In this document: positions 9,703 to 19,369 of the stretch, piece by piece | How positions within the stretch are numbered: position 1 is the stretch's first letter | Layout: every line of letters begins with the position of its first letter | Virus record (IMG/VR): IMGVR_UViG_3300023180_000052 | Span: 1-63,905 of that record | Reading direction: 5' to 3' (one strand) | DNA length: 63,905 nt | Origin: a virus | Lineage: Duplodnaviria > Caudoviricetes | The notes under the pieces: generated by a model | The model's input: the letters and a program-made list of their open reading frames with translations, nothing else | What the model was told of the DNA's origin: nothing | Database searches by the model: none | Program-made: the position numbers and the translations under genes

Positions 9703-10220
9703 ATGATCTGACAAACAAACAGTTTACCAAGAGTGATAAAGCCAAACGTGGTTGGTGGGCTTCTGTCGTCTTTATGTTAATGATTTGTGAGCTTATCTAT
9801 TTCTTATCTACTACGAAGATAGTAGAAGAAAACCGAGACATACTTATAGGTATTATAGGTATGTTGACGGGTTCTATTTCTAGTATGTTGGCGATAGCTA
9901 GTGGGCGTGACCCTTCAGAAGTAGAGGAGCTGAAGGATAAGCTTGCTAGTGCAAACGCAGACCGAGAAGCCTTGATAGGTAGACTCCGAGACGCTCAGAT
10001 TCAAATGCAGTTATTGAGACAGCAGATATTTGAGCTTCAAAGTGCTGTGATTGAAAAGCTCTCTGTATTTCATGGGAGTAGTCCTATTAGGACAATGGAC
10101 GAAGATTCGGTTATTCTCCCTAAAGTAGTCGATCAATGGACTCCTAAGAAAGAGGAAGTCCCTCCTGTTCAAGAGACACCATTTCCTTCTAAGCCTGAAG
10201 ACTCTAAGAAAAAGAAATAG
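9699..10220 (+). CDS. Two-TM protein with coiled coil
   Basis: Two hydrophobic helices then heptad repeats; ATGA overlap with the cyclase. Confidence 0.7.
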   Translation: MNDLTNKQFTKSDKAKRGWWASVVFMLMICELIYFLSTTKIVEENRDILIGIIGMLTGSISSMLAIASGRDPSEVEELKDKLASANADREALIGRLRDAQIQMQLLRQQIFELQSAVIEKLSVFHGSSPIRTMDEDSVILPKVVDQWTPKKEEVPPVQETPFPSKPEDSKKKK

Positions 10221-10229
10221 GTATTAGCT

Positions 10230-11450
10230 ATGGACATCTTTGATAAGATCGCTTCTGAGTATATAAAAGAAGCTCGTATTCCGTCAGCAGGAAATATCAA
10301 ACGAGTGACAAACCCCAAGAAGCCTTGGCATAAGACCAAGAATAATTGCCTTCCTAGAACCAAAGAAAACTGTGGTGTTTGGACTCAGAAAGAAGTCGAT
10401 CAGAAATACGAGGAGTGGAAGAACCAAAAGAATATAGGTGACGGTTTGTGGACTTGGCAGAAATACGAGGGTGCTATGTCACCTGGTTCTCAAGGTCTTA
10501 GCCAAGAGAGAATTAATAAGAATCTTCAGGAAATAGAGGGTTTCGCTAATAAAAAAGAGAACCAATTTACAGTTGGAGACAAGGTTAATCGCTTCTTTGG
10601 GAAGAAGAAGAAAGTCGAAGACTTTACAAAACTTAATCGTGGTATCGGTGGAGATGGCGACCCTCGTAAGAAGAAGAAACGACAAGAACTAAAGAAGAAG
10701 AAGGAAATGAAAAAGCAGAACAAGAAAGCATCTGCAATAAGAGTAGCGAGTCTCTATCTTCAAGGTATGAGCATGACTAAAGAGGGTGCTTGGGCAGGGG
10801 GTAGCTATGGAGGAACTCTGTCTCCTGTCACTACTGAGCCAGGGGAGGGTTATAAGATTGTACGTTCGGGGGGTACTTTGCATGGTTGGGATAAGTACGT
10901 TCAACTAGTAGCAGAACATTACGCAAGTCTTCCTAGCTACACCTCAGAGGGTGAGAAGTCTTTTGTCGCTCTTAAGGGGCATATCATTACGATGTTCCAA
11001 AGGCAGAACAGTAAGATTGATGTTGTCTTTGTAGATTACGACCCCTACTCAAGTGCTGAGGAAATGAGAGAAGACGTACTCAAGAACAATGTTCTAAAGA
11101 TTACTGAACTTTACAACCAAGACGCTTGGTTTGGACCTGACGTAAACTTAATGCTGAGAGCTGTTCACGATTTCCAAGCTCACTTGGGTGCGAACCCTAA
11201 GAACAAGCCAAAGAGCTTTGGTATGAAAGGTGAACTTCAAGCTTATAACAAGCACATGAATCTAGTAGGTAAGACTAGTAAAGCTGTGCCTGCTCTGTTT
11301 ATCGAGATTATCGGTCAAGCGGCTCACTTTTGGTACTATGGAGAATTCCCCGATCAGAAGATTGCTTCTATGGGGGATAAGTTTGATATGGTCAGACTTG
11401 GAAATGTAAAAGGGTACGAGATTGTAAATGGTGACTTGGTTAAGGTCTAG
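10230..11450 (+). CDS. Multi-segment protein with possible metal-binding C-terminal domain
   Basis: Basic N-terminal half, KKASAIRVASLYL junction, then LRAVHDFQAH..GE motif. Confidence 0.6.
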   Translation: MDIFDKIASEYIKEARIPSAGNIKRVTNPKKPWHKTKNNCLPRTKENCGVWTQKEVDQKYEEWKNQKNIGDGLWTWQKYEGAMSPGSQGLSQERINKNLQEIEGFANKKENQFTVGDKVNRFFGKKKKVEDFTKLNRGIGGDGDPRKKKKRQELKKKKEMKKQNKKASAIRVASLYLQGMSMTKEGAWAGGSYGGTLSPVTTEPGEGYKIVRSGGTLHGWDKYVQLVAEHYASLPSYTSEGEKSFVALKGHIITMFQRQNSKIDVVFVDYDPYSSAEEMREDVLKNNVLKITELYNQDAWFGPDVNLMLRAVHDFQAHLGANPKNKPKSFGMKGELQAYNKHMNLVGKTSKAVPALFIEIIGQAAHFWYYGEFPDQKIASMGDKFDMVRLGNVKGYEIVNGDLVKV

Positions 11451-11851
11451 TTGTATAGCTTATAGACCTCTATATCAACTTCACCATTTCCATGACTTGC
11501 TTTGCGTACAGAGAACTGAATAAGTCTAAGTTTAGTCCATTCGTAAATCACTTCTTCTGTAGGCTTTTTCAGTTGGTAGCCTTTCTCAAAGTTGTAGGTA
11601 CTGACCTTCACTAATCTCTTTGATTCGTCATAAGTGCATTTGTGAATCTGAGCAACAGGGACAATGTGTCTAACTTCTGTTCTGATGAAGCGTACTTCCC
11701 TAGTAGGATAGTTGCACCCTTTAGAGAGAGGGAGCGACCATACCACAGTTTTTATTTTCTGTGGCGTAGATAGAAATAAGACTGAAGTGATAGTAATGGC
11801 GAGGGTTAACATCAATTTGGTTGTGTGTTCTTGAGTCATAAGGTAGGTCAC
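11447..11851 (-). CDS. Hypothetical exported or membrane-anchored protein
   Basis: N-terminal hydrophobic helix; GAAAGGA RBS on the minus strand. Confidence 0.6.
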   Translation of the reverse strand: MTYLMTQEHTTKLMLTLAITITSVLFLSTPQKIKTVVWSLPLSKGCNYPTREVRFIRTEVRHIVPVAQIHKCTYDESKRLVKVSTYNFEKGYQLKKPTEEVIYEWTKLRLIQFSVRKASHGNGEVDIEVYKLYN

Positions 11852-11905
11852 TTTCCTTTCGGTTTGGGTATAAGCTATACCTCACATACTTCAAGGAGAT
11901 TGTAA

Positions 11906-12658
11906 ATGTCAGTGGACTTCTTAGACAGGAAAGTCGATATATTTAATGACGGTATCGGAGGGGTTGCACTCATTCAGAGTATGGGTGATGACTTGACTAT
12001 CGTAAATGCTGCGAGAGCAAGTCTCGATCAGATTTCAACAGAAATGGGAGAGCGAGAAGAGAGGCTTTCAAACTTCTTAATTCGCTCAGGTCACACCTCC
12101 ACAACAGAACATAATGTAATCACTTTTTGGATTAAAGTTCCTATGTTCGTAGCTCGTCAGCAGATGAGACATAGGACTTTTTCTTATAACGAGATTTCTC
12201 GCAGATATACCTCAGAGAAGTTAGAGTTTTACTTGCCTCAAGAAATGAGGAAGCAAGACGAGAAGAACAGGCAGGCGAGCTTAGATGAAACCTTCAATCC
12301 TACGATTGAGTATGACCCTTATGACTATCCTAAGTTCTTAAAGTTAGACGCTGTGTCTGCAATCAAGAACCATGTTAGTGACTCAGTAAGGCTCTATAAT
12401 CAGATGATTGATAAGGGTGTTGCAAGAGAGCAGGCTCGTATGGTCTTGCCTCAGAATATCTATACTACTTATTGGGCAACAGGCTCACTTCACAATTGGG
12501 TGAACAGCTTCATTTCCAAGCGAGATCACGAAGATGCTCAATGGGAAATCAAGCTCCTAGCTCGTGAGATAAGCCGTCAGATCGCTGAGGTATGGCCTCT
12601 TGCCCACGCTAACTTTGTGAAGCATGGGAAGATACCTGCCTTAGATTCTGAAATATGA
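11906..12658 (+). CDS. thyX: Flavin-dependent thymidylate synthase
   Basis: RQQMRHRTFSYNEISRRY signature, AREQARMVLP, AQWEI. Confidence 0.96.
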   Translation: MSVDFLDRKVDIFNDGIGGVALIQSMGDDLTIVNAARASLDQISTEMGEREERLSNFLIRSGHTSTTEHNVITFWIKVPMFVARQQMRHRTFSYNEISRRYTSEKLEFYLPQEMRKQDEKNRQASLDETFNPTIEYDPYDYPKFLKLDAVSAIKNHVSDSVRLYNQMIDKGVAREQARMVLPQNIYTTYWATGSLHNWVNSFISKRDHEDAQWEIKLLAREISRQIAEVWPLAHANFVKHGKIPALDSEI

Positions 12659-12731
12659 ATGACTTTGAAATACTTTTGTTATGTTGCATACCTTTTTTGA
12701 TTATGATTGCTAAAGATTTTTGAGGTTTAGT

Positions 12732-12962
12732 ATGCCCCCTTTATTAAGAAATGAAATAGAACCTAACATTCGAGATATAAACATAGAGATACAAGCCCTA
12801 GAGCGAATGATTGACTTCTATGTTAAGTACGAAGAAAAGCATGGTGAGCATGAGTACACTACTGAGCGAATTACAAAGCTAAACAACAGATACGCAGAGT
12901 TTCTGATTGCGGCTCAGATTACAAGGGGAGGGGCTGAGGCTCCTCGTCTGATAGGCGACTAA
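12732..12962 (+). CDS. Hypothetical protein
   Basis: GAGG before ATG 12732. Confidence 0.55.
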   Translation: MPPLLRNEIEPNIRDINIEIQALERMIDFYVKYEEKHGEHEYTTERITKLNNRYAEFLIAAQITRGGAEAPRLIGD

Positions 12963-13010
12963 TAACTTTTCTATCTACCTCAGCTAGAAATAGAAAAGTT
13001 GAGGTGGCTT

Positions 13011-13577
13011 ATGTGTGTAATCGGACAAGGCGAATACGCAATTCTTCTTAAAGGTGGATTAGTTAAGCTCAAGAATGGTGATGTCTATCACTTATCTGAC
13101 TGTACGTTGGAAGCAGGAGGGAGACTTGCTCTTTCTATAGGGCAAGTAAGCTCTACTAAACCCCCCCGAAGTAAACCTCCTAAAAAAGTCATTAAGGGGG
13201 AAGTTCTTTTTAGTGATTCTGAGGAAGTTCATTTCTTGGAGGAAGGGCTTCGAGAACCTGTTGTCGTACTAAAAGAAATACGACAGGAAATACAGCAACC
13301 ACCTCCTCTACCCCCACCTGCTGAAATCCCTTATTCTCCTTTTGTAGTTATGGGAGGGATTCTCATGTTTGTTCTTAAAAAGGTAGCAGGTCTTGATCGT
13401 GTCTTGAAAGCAGGAACTTGTGAAATGAGGCATCAAGAAGCAATCTTCCGTATTGCTAAACTTGAGGGTAAAGTCTTGAGGAAGCAAATCGTGGATGGGG
13501 CTAAGGGTGTTAAAGGGGCTAAAGAGAAATGGGACAGCAGGAAAGCTAAGGAAGAAGACTCCTCGATAGATTCTTAA
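13011..13577 (+). CDS. Hypothetical single-pass membrane protein
   Basis: Pro-rich linker then hydrophobic helix; GAGGTG RBS. Confidence 0.6.
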   Translation: MCVIGQGEYAILLKGGLVKLKNGDVYHLSDCTLEAGGRLALSIGQVSSTKPPRSKPPKKVIKGEVLFSDSEEVHFLEEGLREPVVVLKEIRQEIQQPPPLPPPAEIPYSPFVVMGGILMFVLKKVAGLDRVLKAGTCEMRHQEAIFRIAKLEGKVLRKQIVDGAKGVKGAKEKWDSRKAKEEDSSIDS

Positions 13578-13686
13578 TCTCTTTATCGTAGGTAGTGTTT
13601 TAACCAAATTCACACCACCTACGGTAAGGAGCGTAAGAAATGAAACGATTAGCTTCAGAAGTTCTAAGAGACTTGGAAATAAGAGT
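13554..13686 (+). repeat. Direct repeat copy 1: promoter-like motif, RBS and leader-coding cassette
   Basis: Near-identical to 14623-14754. Confidence 0.95.
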
Positions 13687-14587
13687 CGCTCGTCTTGAAA
13701 GACAAGTCGGTTTTGGGTTCAATCGTATGTCAAAGTCTTCTTCTCACAACAAGAGTGCAGTCTTAAGTGGGCTTGCCTCGAAAGTAGAAGACTTTTATGT
13801 TTACTTGAAGAGAGAGTTGCCAGGTGAGAAAGAAAGGAAAGAAATACTTTCTAAGATTGTTTCTGACCTTGAAGATGAACTGATTAATTCTATTGAGAGC
13901 TTTCAAGGGGATGGTTGGGTAGGGAAAACTAAAGGTAGAGTCAAGTGCTCAATCCAATCGGGTCAGTTAGTCATAAGCATTTCTGTAGATACCCTCAATA
14001 ACGAGGACTCTATCACTCTTAAAATCTCTGAAATGTCTGATCTTATACCCTTAAAGATGTATGTTTGGGACCTTAAGACCGAGTGGACGAAAGACTCTTG
14101 GACAAGAAGGCAGGTTACCAGAAGAATCCCTTTTGAAGTGTGGGATATGATTTTGAGAATAATCACTGAGACTCTTGAAATGCCACTATTCTTACCCATG
14201 CTTCAAGGCGATTTAGCAACACTTGCTGATCGTGTTGACGCATCTCTTAGAAAAGAGTTTGAAAAGAAATTTTGGGATAGACTTGAGAGGTACTCATCAG
14301 TAGCCGCTAAGGTGCTAAAGGCTATTGCTAAGATTGGGGTAGGGGCTTTAGTTGTAGGGCTTTGCATTTCTGTCTTTATGCTTATCCCTTGGGGTTTGAT
14401 TGGAAATTTGTTGGTAATGCTTCTGAAATCAATCGTAGCCGCATTAGCGATTATGGCAGGTGGCTACCTCGGCACAATCATCGGTGGAGGGTTAGGTTCT
14501 TTGAGGGTGGCTAACGAAATACCTGACGACCCCGAAGAGAGGTTAGAGCTTTTCTTAGAAGTTCTTGAGCAAGAGGGGATTGCTTAA
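13640..14587 (+). CDS. Leader-bearing hypothetical protein with C-terminal hydrophobic helices
   Basis: MKRLASEVLRDLEIRVARLE; Gly-rich TM-like segments near the C-terminus. Confidence 0.75.
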   Translation: MKRLASEVLRDLEIRVARLERQVGFGFNRMSKSSSHNKSAVLSGLASKVEDFYVYLKRELPGEKERKEILSKIVSDLEDELINSIESFQGDGWVGKTKGRVKCSIQSGQLVISISVDTLNNEDSITLKISEMSDLIPLKMYVWDLKTEWTKDSWTRRQVTRRIPFEVWDMILRIITETLEMPLFLPMLQGDLATLADRVDASLRKEFEKKFWDRLERYSSVAAKVLKAIAKIGVGALVVGLCISVFMLIPWGLIGNLLVMLLKSIVAALAIMAGGYLGTIIGGGLGSLRVANEIPDDPEERLELFLEVLEQEGIA

Positions 14588-14622
14588 TAATGATTAAGCT
14601 ACAGCCTCTCCCATACGAATAT

Positions 14623-14754
14623 GAAGACTCCTCAATAGATTCTTAATCTCTTTATCGTAGGTAGTGTTTTAACTAACTTCACACCATCTACGGTAAGGAG
14701 AGAAGAAATGAAACGATTAGCTTCAGAAGTTCTAAGAGACTTGGAAATAAGAGT
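14623..14754 (+). repeat. Direct repeat copy 2
   Basis: Near-identical to 13554-13686. Confidence 0.95.
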
Positions 14755-15439
14755 TGCCCAACTTGAAAAGTCATCATCAGACGATGATTGGCTCGTGAAT
14801 GAACTAGAGTTGTTCATCACCAACGAGTACAGCCTCTACGGAATGATTCAGGCAGTTGTTAAGAACCAAGCGAAGCACTACCAAAGAGGTCGTTGGAACG
14901 AAGCAGGTGCTATCAAGGGCTTTATGAATGTCGTAAACGCAGGTATCAAAGAGTATCGCAGACAGGGACTCGACTTACCTACTCGCATTTCTCGCCAAGT
15001 AAAAGAAGAAGTCGCTAAGAATCTCTTTGAATTCTATGAAGAAGACATCAATGACGCTATTGGAACTCCTATTCGTAGTGCCTCTTTAAGAAATGCAGGT
15101 CGCAGATTTGACGCTGATGAGTGGGTCTTCTTTATCCATGAAGAAACAGGGCTTGAAGATGATCGCAAAGGTCATAGAGCAGCTGAAACTCTGAGAAAGA
15201 GATTTGAAGATCGTCTTGAAGACGTTTGCGAAAGAAATAACCTCAGCATCTGTTCCGATGAGGGCGTGAGTGAAACGGCTTGGAAAGCGTTTGCTTCTAT
15301 CGTAGGGCATGGTACGGGCTTGTGGGATCACGATCATGCTGAAGCTAAGATTCTTGAGGAATTGGTCTTCAAAGATCGTCTGCTCACTAGCGTTGCTCAA
15401 GACATTGACAACCTACCTTATGAGCTAGGTTTAGCGTGA
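14708..15439 (+). CDS. Leader-bearing two-module hypothetical protein
   Basis: MKRLASEVLRDLEIRVAQLE; internal IRSASLRNAG junction. Confidence 0.75.
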   Translation: MKRLASEVLRDLEIRVAQLEKSSSDDDWLVNELELFITNEYSLYGMIQAVVKNQAKHYQRGRWNEAGAIKGFMNVVNAGIKEYRRQGLDLPTRISRQVKEEVAKNLFEFYEEDINDAIGTPIRSASLRNAGRRFDADEWVFFIHEETGLEDDRKGHRAAETLRKRFEDRLEDVCERNNLSICSDEGVSETAWKAFASIVGHGTGLWDHDHAEAKILEELVFKDRLLTSVAQDIDNLPYELGLA

Positions 15440-15443
15440 TCTG

Positions 15444-15839
15444 ATGAGAAAGCTCGCTGAACTAGAAGCTCGAATAGCTCGGTTAGAGAAGCGAGCTACA
15501 AATAAGGTTTACCCTATCTACACGACATTTCAAGGGCATGATGAACGCACGATCAAGATCATTCCACTTCCTAGAGTCTTAGAGGCGATGGTTCAAGACC
15601 GAAGAATAGATGAAGATCAGATCATAGAGTACATGACACTCAGAAAGAAATACACTGTCGATTTTGTCGCTGATATGTTTATTATGTTTTGCGAATCTCA
15701 AACAGGTAAGTCTTTTCCGATTTCTTTTAAGGACGACAAAGAAGTTGTCGTGGATATGAGTGAATGGCCGGAAGATGATGGCTTTGATCGTTGGTTTAAG
15801 GATTGGGCTGAAACCTACTTGGTTAACATCATCGACTGA
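15444..15839 (+). CDS. Hypothetical protein with shortened leader
   Basis: MRKLAELEARIARLEKRA. Confidence 0.7.
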   Translation: MRKLAELEARIARLEKRATNKVYPIYTTFQGHDERTIKIIPLPRVLEAMVQDRRIDEDQIIEYMTLRKKYTVDFVADMFIMFCESQTGKSFPISFKDDKEVVVDMSEWPEDDGFDRWFKDWAETYLVNIID

Positions 15840-16316
15840 TTACCAATTCTTGGTGTACTTGTCGGCAACAGCCGAAGCCCCCCAAGATTTCGGTTTTATT
15901 TCTACCTCAGAATATGCGTAGCCTCTGACTAAACTCATCATAGCGTTCGCATACTTCGAGGTCTTATGTCGTGAGTTTTCAGGGCTTACGTCTAAGTGTA
16001 TTTCTATGCTCGCATCAGAGCTTATTTCTTTCACCTCCTCAGCCACTTTGATACTCGCCATTGTTTCAGAGTAGAGCCTCTCATATAGACTGATCTTGTG
16101 AGTATAACGCTCTTTTTTGCGATGATAGAAATACCTTCGGTGATGGCAGTTTTCAGAGGAAATGAGACATATAGCCGTCACAACGACCACCCCACTTCTG
16201 AACGGCTGACTGTCACTTCCGATGATGATCTTGTGGTTGGATTCGCAGACACTTGTTAAGATGTCTTTGATCTCTTCCCAAGTCGTGTCTTCAGAGTCAG
16301 CTCGTTTCCAAGTCAT
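15840..16316 (-). CDS. RNase H-like YkuK (DUF458) family protein
   Basis: IIIGSDSQ, RLYSET, EIHLDV, KPKSWGASAVAD. Confidence 0.8.
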   Translation of the reverse strand: MTWKRADSEDTTWEEIKDILTSVCESNHKIIIGSDSQPFRSGVVVVTAICLISSENCHHRRYFYHRKKERYTHKISLYERLYSETMASIKVAEEVKEISSDASIEIHLDVSPENSRHKTSKYANAMMSLVRGYAYSEVEIKPKSWGASAVADKYTKNW

Positions 16317-16348
16317 TTCATTTCCCTCGCTTTCTGAGGGATTATACC

Positions 16349-17635
16349 TTAGAGCAAGTCTGCGGCAATATCGGAAAGTTCTGAGCGTTCAGATTTGTGT
16401 AGGCTAGTGTACCCAAAGATCGGCTGACCTTTCATCTTCTCGACTACATAAGTAAGTCCATTAGACCTTGTGTCTAAGTAAGGGTTGTCGATCTGATAGG
16501 GGTCGCCAAGTAGGACTACTTTTGTACCTTCTGCCGCTCTTGTGACAATACTCTTAATCTCATGTTTGGTGAGGTTCTGAGCTTCATCAATAATCATAAA
16601 GGCGTTCTTGAGAGAGCGACCTCTGATTGAGTTGATAGGCTGTATTTCAATGTGGTTCTTCTCGAAATAGAAGTTCCTTTCCTCGCCTTGTTCCATGTCC
16701 CAATAAGGGTTAATCTGATCGAGGTTGTCGAAGAAAGACTGCATCCAAGGTTCGAGCTTTTCACCAACAGCCCCAGGCAGAAATCCGATACCTTTGCCGA
16801 CATCAACTACGGGCTTAGAAAGTAAGATTCGTTGGTAAATCGCTTTCTGATGTAGAGCTGCGGCTAGGGTCAGAAATGTCTTCCCTGTGCCTGCTTTCCC
16901 AAGTAAAGCCACGAGCTTAATATCCTCATCAAGAAGCAAGTCAAGAGCGACTGTTTGCTCTACATTTCTAGGCTTAACTTTTTCAGTTCTGACGTTTTTC
17001 TTCTCAATAGGGAAGAAGCTGTGTTCCTTATACTGAAAGATGTGAGTCTTCTGTTTGTTGTCTACAAAGGTGACATATTGGTTGTCATGTAAAGGGTAAT
17101 CAAAGCACTCTTGTTCCGTAAGTCTGACAGCCCCCTCCCAATATGACTTCTGTAGCTTCGCCATAAGCAAGGGGCTAGGTGTGATCGTTTCGATCTTGCC
17201 TTCTAGGGTACTTTCAGAAGACCCGTCTTTGACATAACCCTCAGAGCGAATACCCATACTTTCACACAAGATTCTGAGATTGGTGTCTCTTGTGATGAGC
17301 GTGAAGTCTTCAAGCTCCTCGTGGTATCTCATAGCTGTCTTGAGGATAAGTAAATCCACATATCGTATTTCAGACGCACTATCGAGTGACTTGATGTCGA
17401 GCTCTTCTGTGTGTGTGACGACTTTGACGTGATCTCCATTATCCATTTCGGTAAGAATGAGATGGCTCGATTTCCGAGCGAGGTGAGACACATGGTTCTT
17501 TTTGTCTTTGAGGACATCAAGCTCCATGATGACGTAAATAGGTATGAGAACGTCAGCTTCCTTGCAGAAGTCTAGCAGGGAAGTGGGTTCATGGATTAAC
17601 ACAGAGGTATCAAGCATAACTGTTTGTTTAGACAT
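16349..17635 (-). CDS. phoH: PIN-PhoH family protein
   Basis: PIN LDTSVL..ELD; GKAGTGKT, GFLPG, RGRSL, IIDEAQN, GDPYQID, ERS. Confidence 0.93.
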   Translation of the reverse strand: MSKQTVMLDTSVLIHEPTSLLDFCKEADVLIPIYVIMELDVLKDKKNHVSHLARKSSHLILTEMDNGDHVKVVTHTEELDIKSLDSASEIRYVDLLILKTAMRYHEELEDFTLITRDTNLRILCESMGIRSEGYVKDGSSESTLEGKIETITPSPLLMAKLQKSYWEGAVRLTEQECFDYPLHDNQYVTFVDNKQKTHIFQYKEHSFFPIEKKNVRTEKVKPRNVEQTVALDLLLDEDIKLVALLGKAGTGKTFLTLAAALHQKAIYQRILLSKPVVDVGKGIGFLPGAVGEKLEPWMQSFFDNLDQINPYWDMEQGEERNFYFEKNHIEIQPINSIRGRSLKNAFMIIDEAQNLTKHEIKSIVTRAAEGTKVVLLGDPYQIDNPYLDTRSNGLTYVVEKMKGQPIFGYTSLHKSERSELSDIAADLL

Positions 17636-17698
17636 TTCTTATCTCCAATCCTTGTCCTATTATGGAATACATAACTACTCTATTAAGGAGAGAAACTT

Positions 17699-18166
17699 AT
17701 GATGAATCCCAAACATTTAAAAATAAGACTCCAACAATGCGATTTAATCGCCTCAGCGTCACCTTGTGGGCGTAGGAAAGTTGGTGCGTTAATTTTAGAC
17801 CCTCTTTCAAATATTGTAATAAGTGAGGGTTATAATGGAACGCCACGAGGAAACAGGTCGCCCTTGTGTGGAGGTCATACTTGTAAGAGAGATACTCTGA
17901 ATGTAGCGAGTGGTACGAGAAATGATGTGGGTTGTCATCATGCAGAAGCGAACGCTATACTTAATGCCTGTAGAGTGGGTCAGACTACTATGGGGAAATG
18001 GTTAATAGTAAACTGTGACCCTTGTTTAATGTGTGCGAAGATGATTCATCACGCAGGCATAGAAATGGTTATCGCACCTTTAGATCATGGTGGGGTACAT
18101 GGAGAGGGGCTGTCTTACTTGTTAGAAAACCAAGTCAGAATCAAAGGGTTTTCCGAGTTCTTTTAG
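17699..18166 (+). CDS. dCMP deaminase
   Basis: RKVGA, GYNG, HAEANA, PCLMC. Confidence 0.92.
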   Translation: MMNPKHLKIRLQQCDLIASASPCGRRKVGALILDPLSNIVISEGYNGTPRGNRSPLCGGHTCKRDTLNVASGTRNDVGCHHAEANAILNACRVGQTTMGKWLIVNCDPCLMCAKMIHHAGIEMVIAPLDHGGVHGEGLSYLLENQVRIKGFSEFF

Positions 18167-18222
18167 CTTCTTTATAATGCTCTTAGAGGAAAACATAGTG
18201 TTAGTTTATTAGGGGTAGCTTT

Positions 18223-19365
18223 ATGTCTTTAGCAGAGAACAAGAAATACATTCGACTAGCCTACTTAAAGTCTAGGTATGGTTCGGATAGCTTTGGTTAT
18301 GACTCTTATAGTGATGAGGACTTTGCCTTTGAGAAGATAAGTGACGAGATGTTCGCTGATAGCGAAAGACCTCTTAAGAATCCTAGAATGCCAGGCTGTG
18401 ACCCACATAAAGTCCCAAGTAAAGGTTCGGGTGATGGTGAGTGTTATCAAGTCCACAAAGACTATGGCACAGCTAAATCGGGCGAGAATGGTAGTGACGA
18501 GCGTAAAGAATACATGGTCAATTATCGTAAGCATCACTACGACTATAAGACAGGTCCAAAAGACGGCATGGATAGTAGGAAAATCGTACCTAAGCCAAAA
18601 GGAGATAAGCTTGATCGCTCTCAGAAGAAAGAGGCGACTCTCATTTCTGAGCTTCGCCAAGAGCGTATGGGGCTTTTGAAGATGGCTTACGAAAACCCAC
18701 ATTTGAGGGGTGAAATAATGCCTCTTCTTAAAAAAAAAGCATATAGGAAAAGCAAGTCCGAGAAAGTGAAAAAGCCCTGTAAGCCTTTGAAAAGTTATGG
18801 GAAAGGCAATACTCCTACGAAAGAAGATAAGCTCCAATACTTAAAAGACTATGCAGACGGCAAGTACACAGGTGGGGAATGTTATAACATTTACCACGAA
18901 TGGGGCAATGCTCCGGGAAAAGGTGGGGACAGGAAGAAATACTTTGAGTGGTATAACAGCGAAGTGAGGGGGAAAAACCCCTCAGCTCAGACTATTCAAA
19001 GGTCGCCTGAAAATAAAAGAGAGATAGCAGACGCAAACTTTTTCACCTTTTTTGAAGGTAAGAAATCTCCTCAAAAAACAGTTCAATCTATTAAATGGTT
19101 TTTAAAATCTGAAGGAGTCTCAGAAGACGAATGGGGCGATTATTTACCAAAAGGTGTGAGTCAAGGCACTTCCCCTAGTAGTGATAGTAGTAGTGATAGT
19201 AGTAGTAGTTCAAAGAAGAAGAAGAAGAAGAATAAGAGTACTTCTACGCCTTCACAGACTTCTACGCCTTCACAGACTTCTACGCCTTCACAGACTTCTG
19301 CACCTTCCTCAAGCAGTAGTCCAAAGAAGACAATAGTACAAAGAAGAAATCGTAGAAGGGATTAA
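18223..19365 (+). CDS. Lys/Ser-rich hypothetical protein with AY tag
   Basis: IRLAY at the N-terminus; LLKMAYENPHLRGEIMPLL; low-complexity tail. Confidence 0.7.
   Translation: MSLAENKKYIRLAYLKSRYGSDSFGYDSYSDEDFAFEKISDEMFADSERPLKNPRMPGCDPHKVPSKGSGDGECYQVHKDYGTAKSGENGSDERKEYMVNYRKHHYDYKTGPKDGMDSRKIVPKPKGDKLDRSQKKEATLISELRQERMGLLKMAYENPHLRGEIMPLLKKKAYRKSKSEKVKKPCKPLKSYGKGNTPTKEDKLQYLKDYADGKYTGGECYNIYHEWGNAPGKGGDRKKYFEWYNSEVRGKNPSAQTIQRSPENKREIADANFFTFFEGKKSPQKTVQSIKWFLKSEGVSEDEWGDYLPKGVSQGTSPSSDSSSDSSSSSKKKKKKNKSTSTPSQTSTPSQTSTPSQTSAPSSSSSPKKTIVQRRNRRRD
19240..19307 (+). repeat. 18-bp coding tandem repeat (TSTPSQ x3 plus partial)
   Basis: acttctacgccttcacag three times. Confidence 0.95.
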
Positions 19366-19369
19366 GCCG

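Noticed and set aside
8812-10220. Definite Pycsar call
   Set aside because: The cyclase has its own membrane segment and the partner could not be matched to a Pycsar effector by eye; kept only as an analogy
13554-14754. Repeat pair as CRISPR array or insertion-sequence ends
   Set aside because: Only two long direct copies about 1 kb apart, overlapping gene starts; no spacers, cas genes or transposase
18265-18837. 190-aa minus-strand ORF
   Set aside because: Fully antisense to a tagged + strand gene; no recognisable motifs
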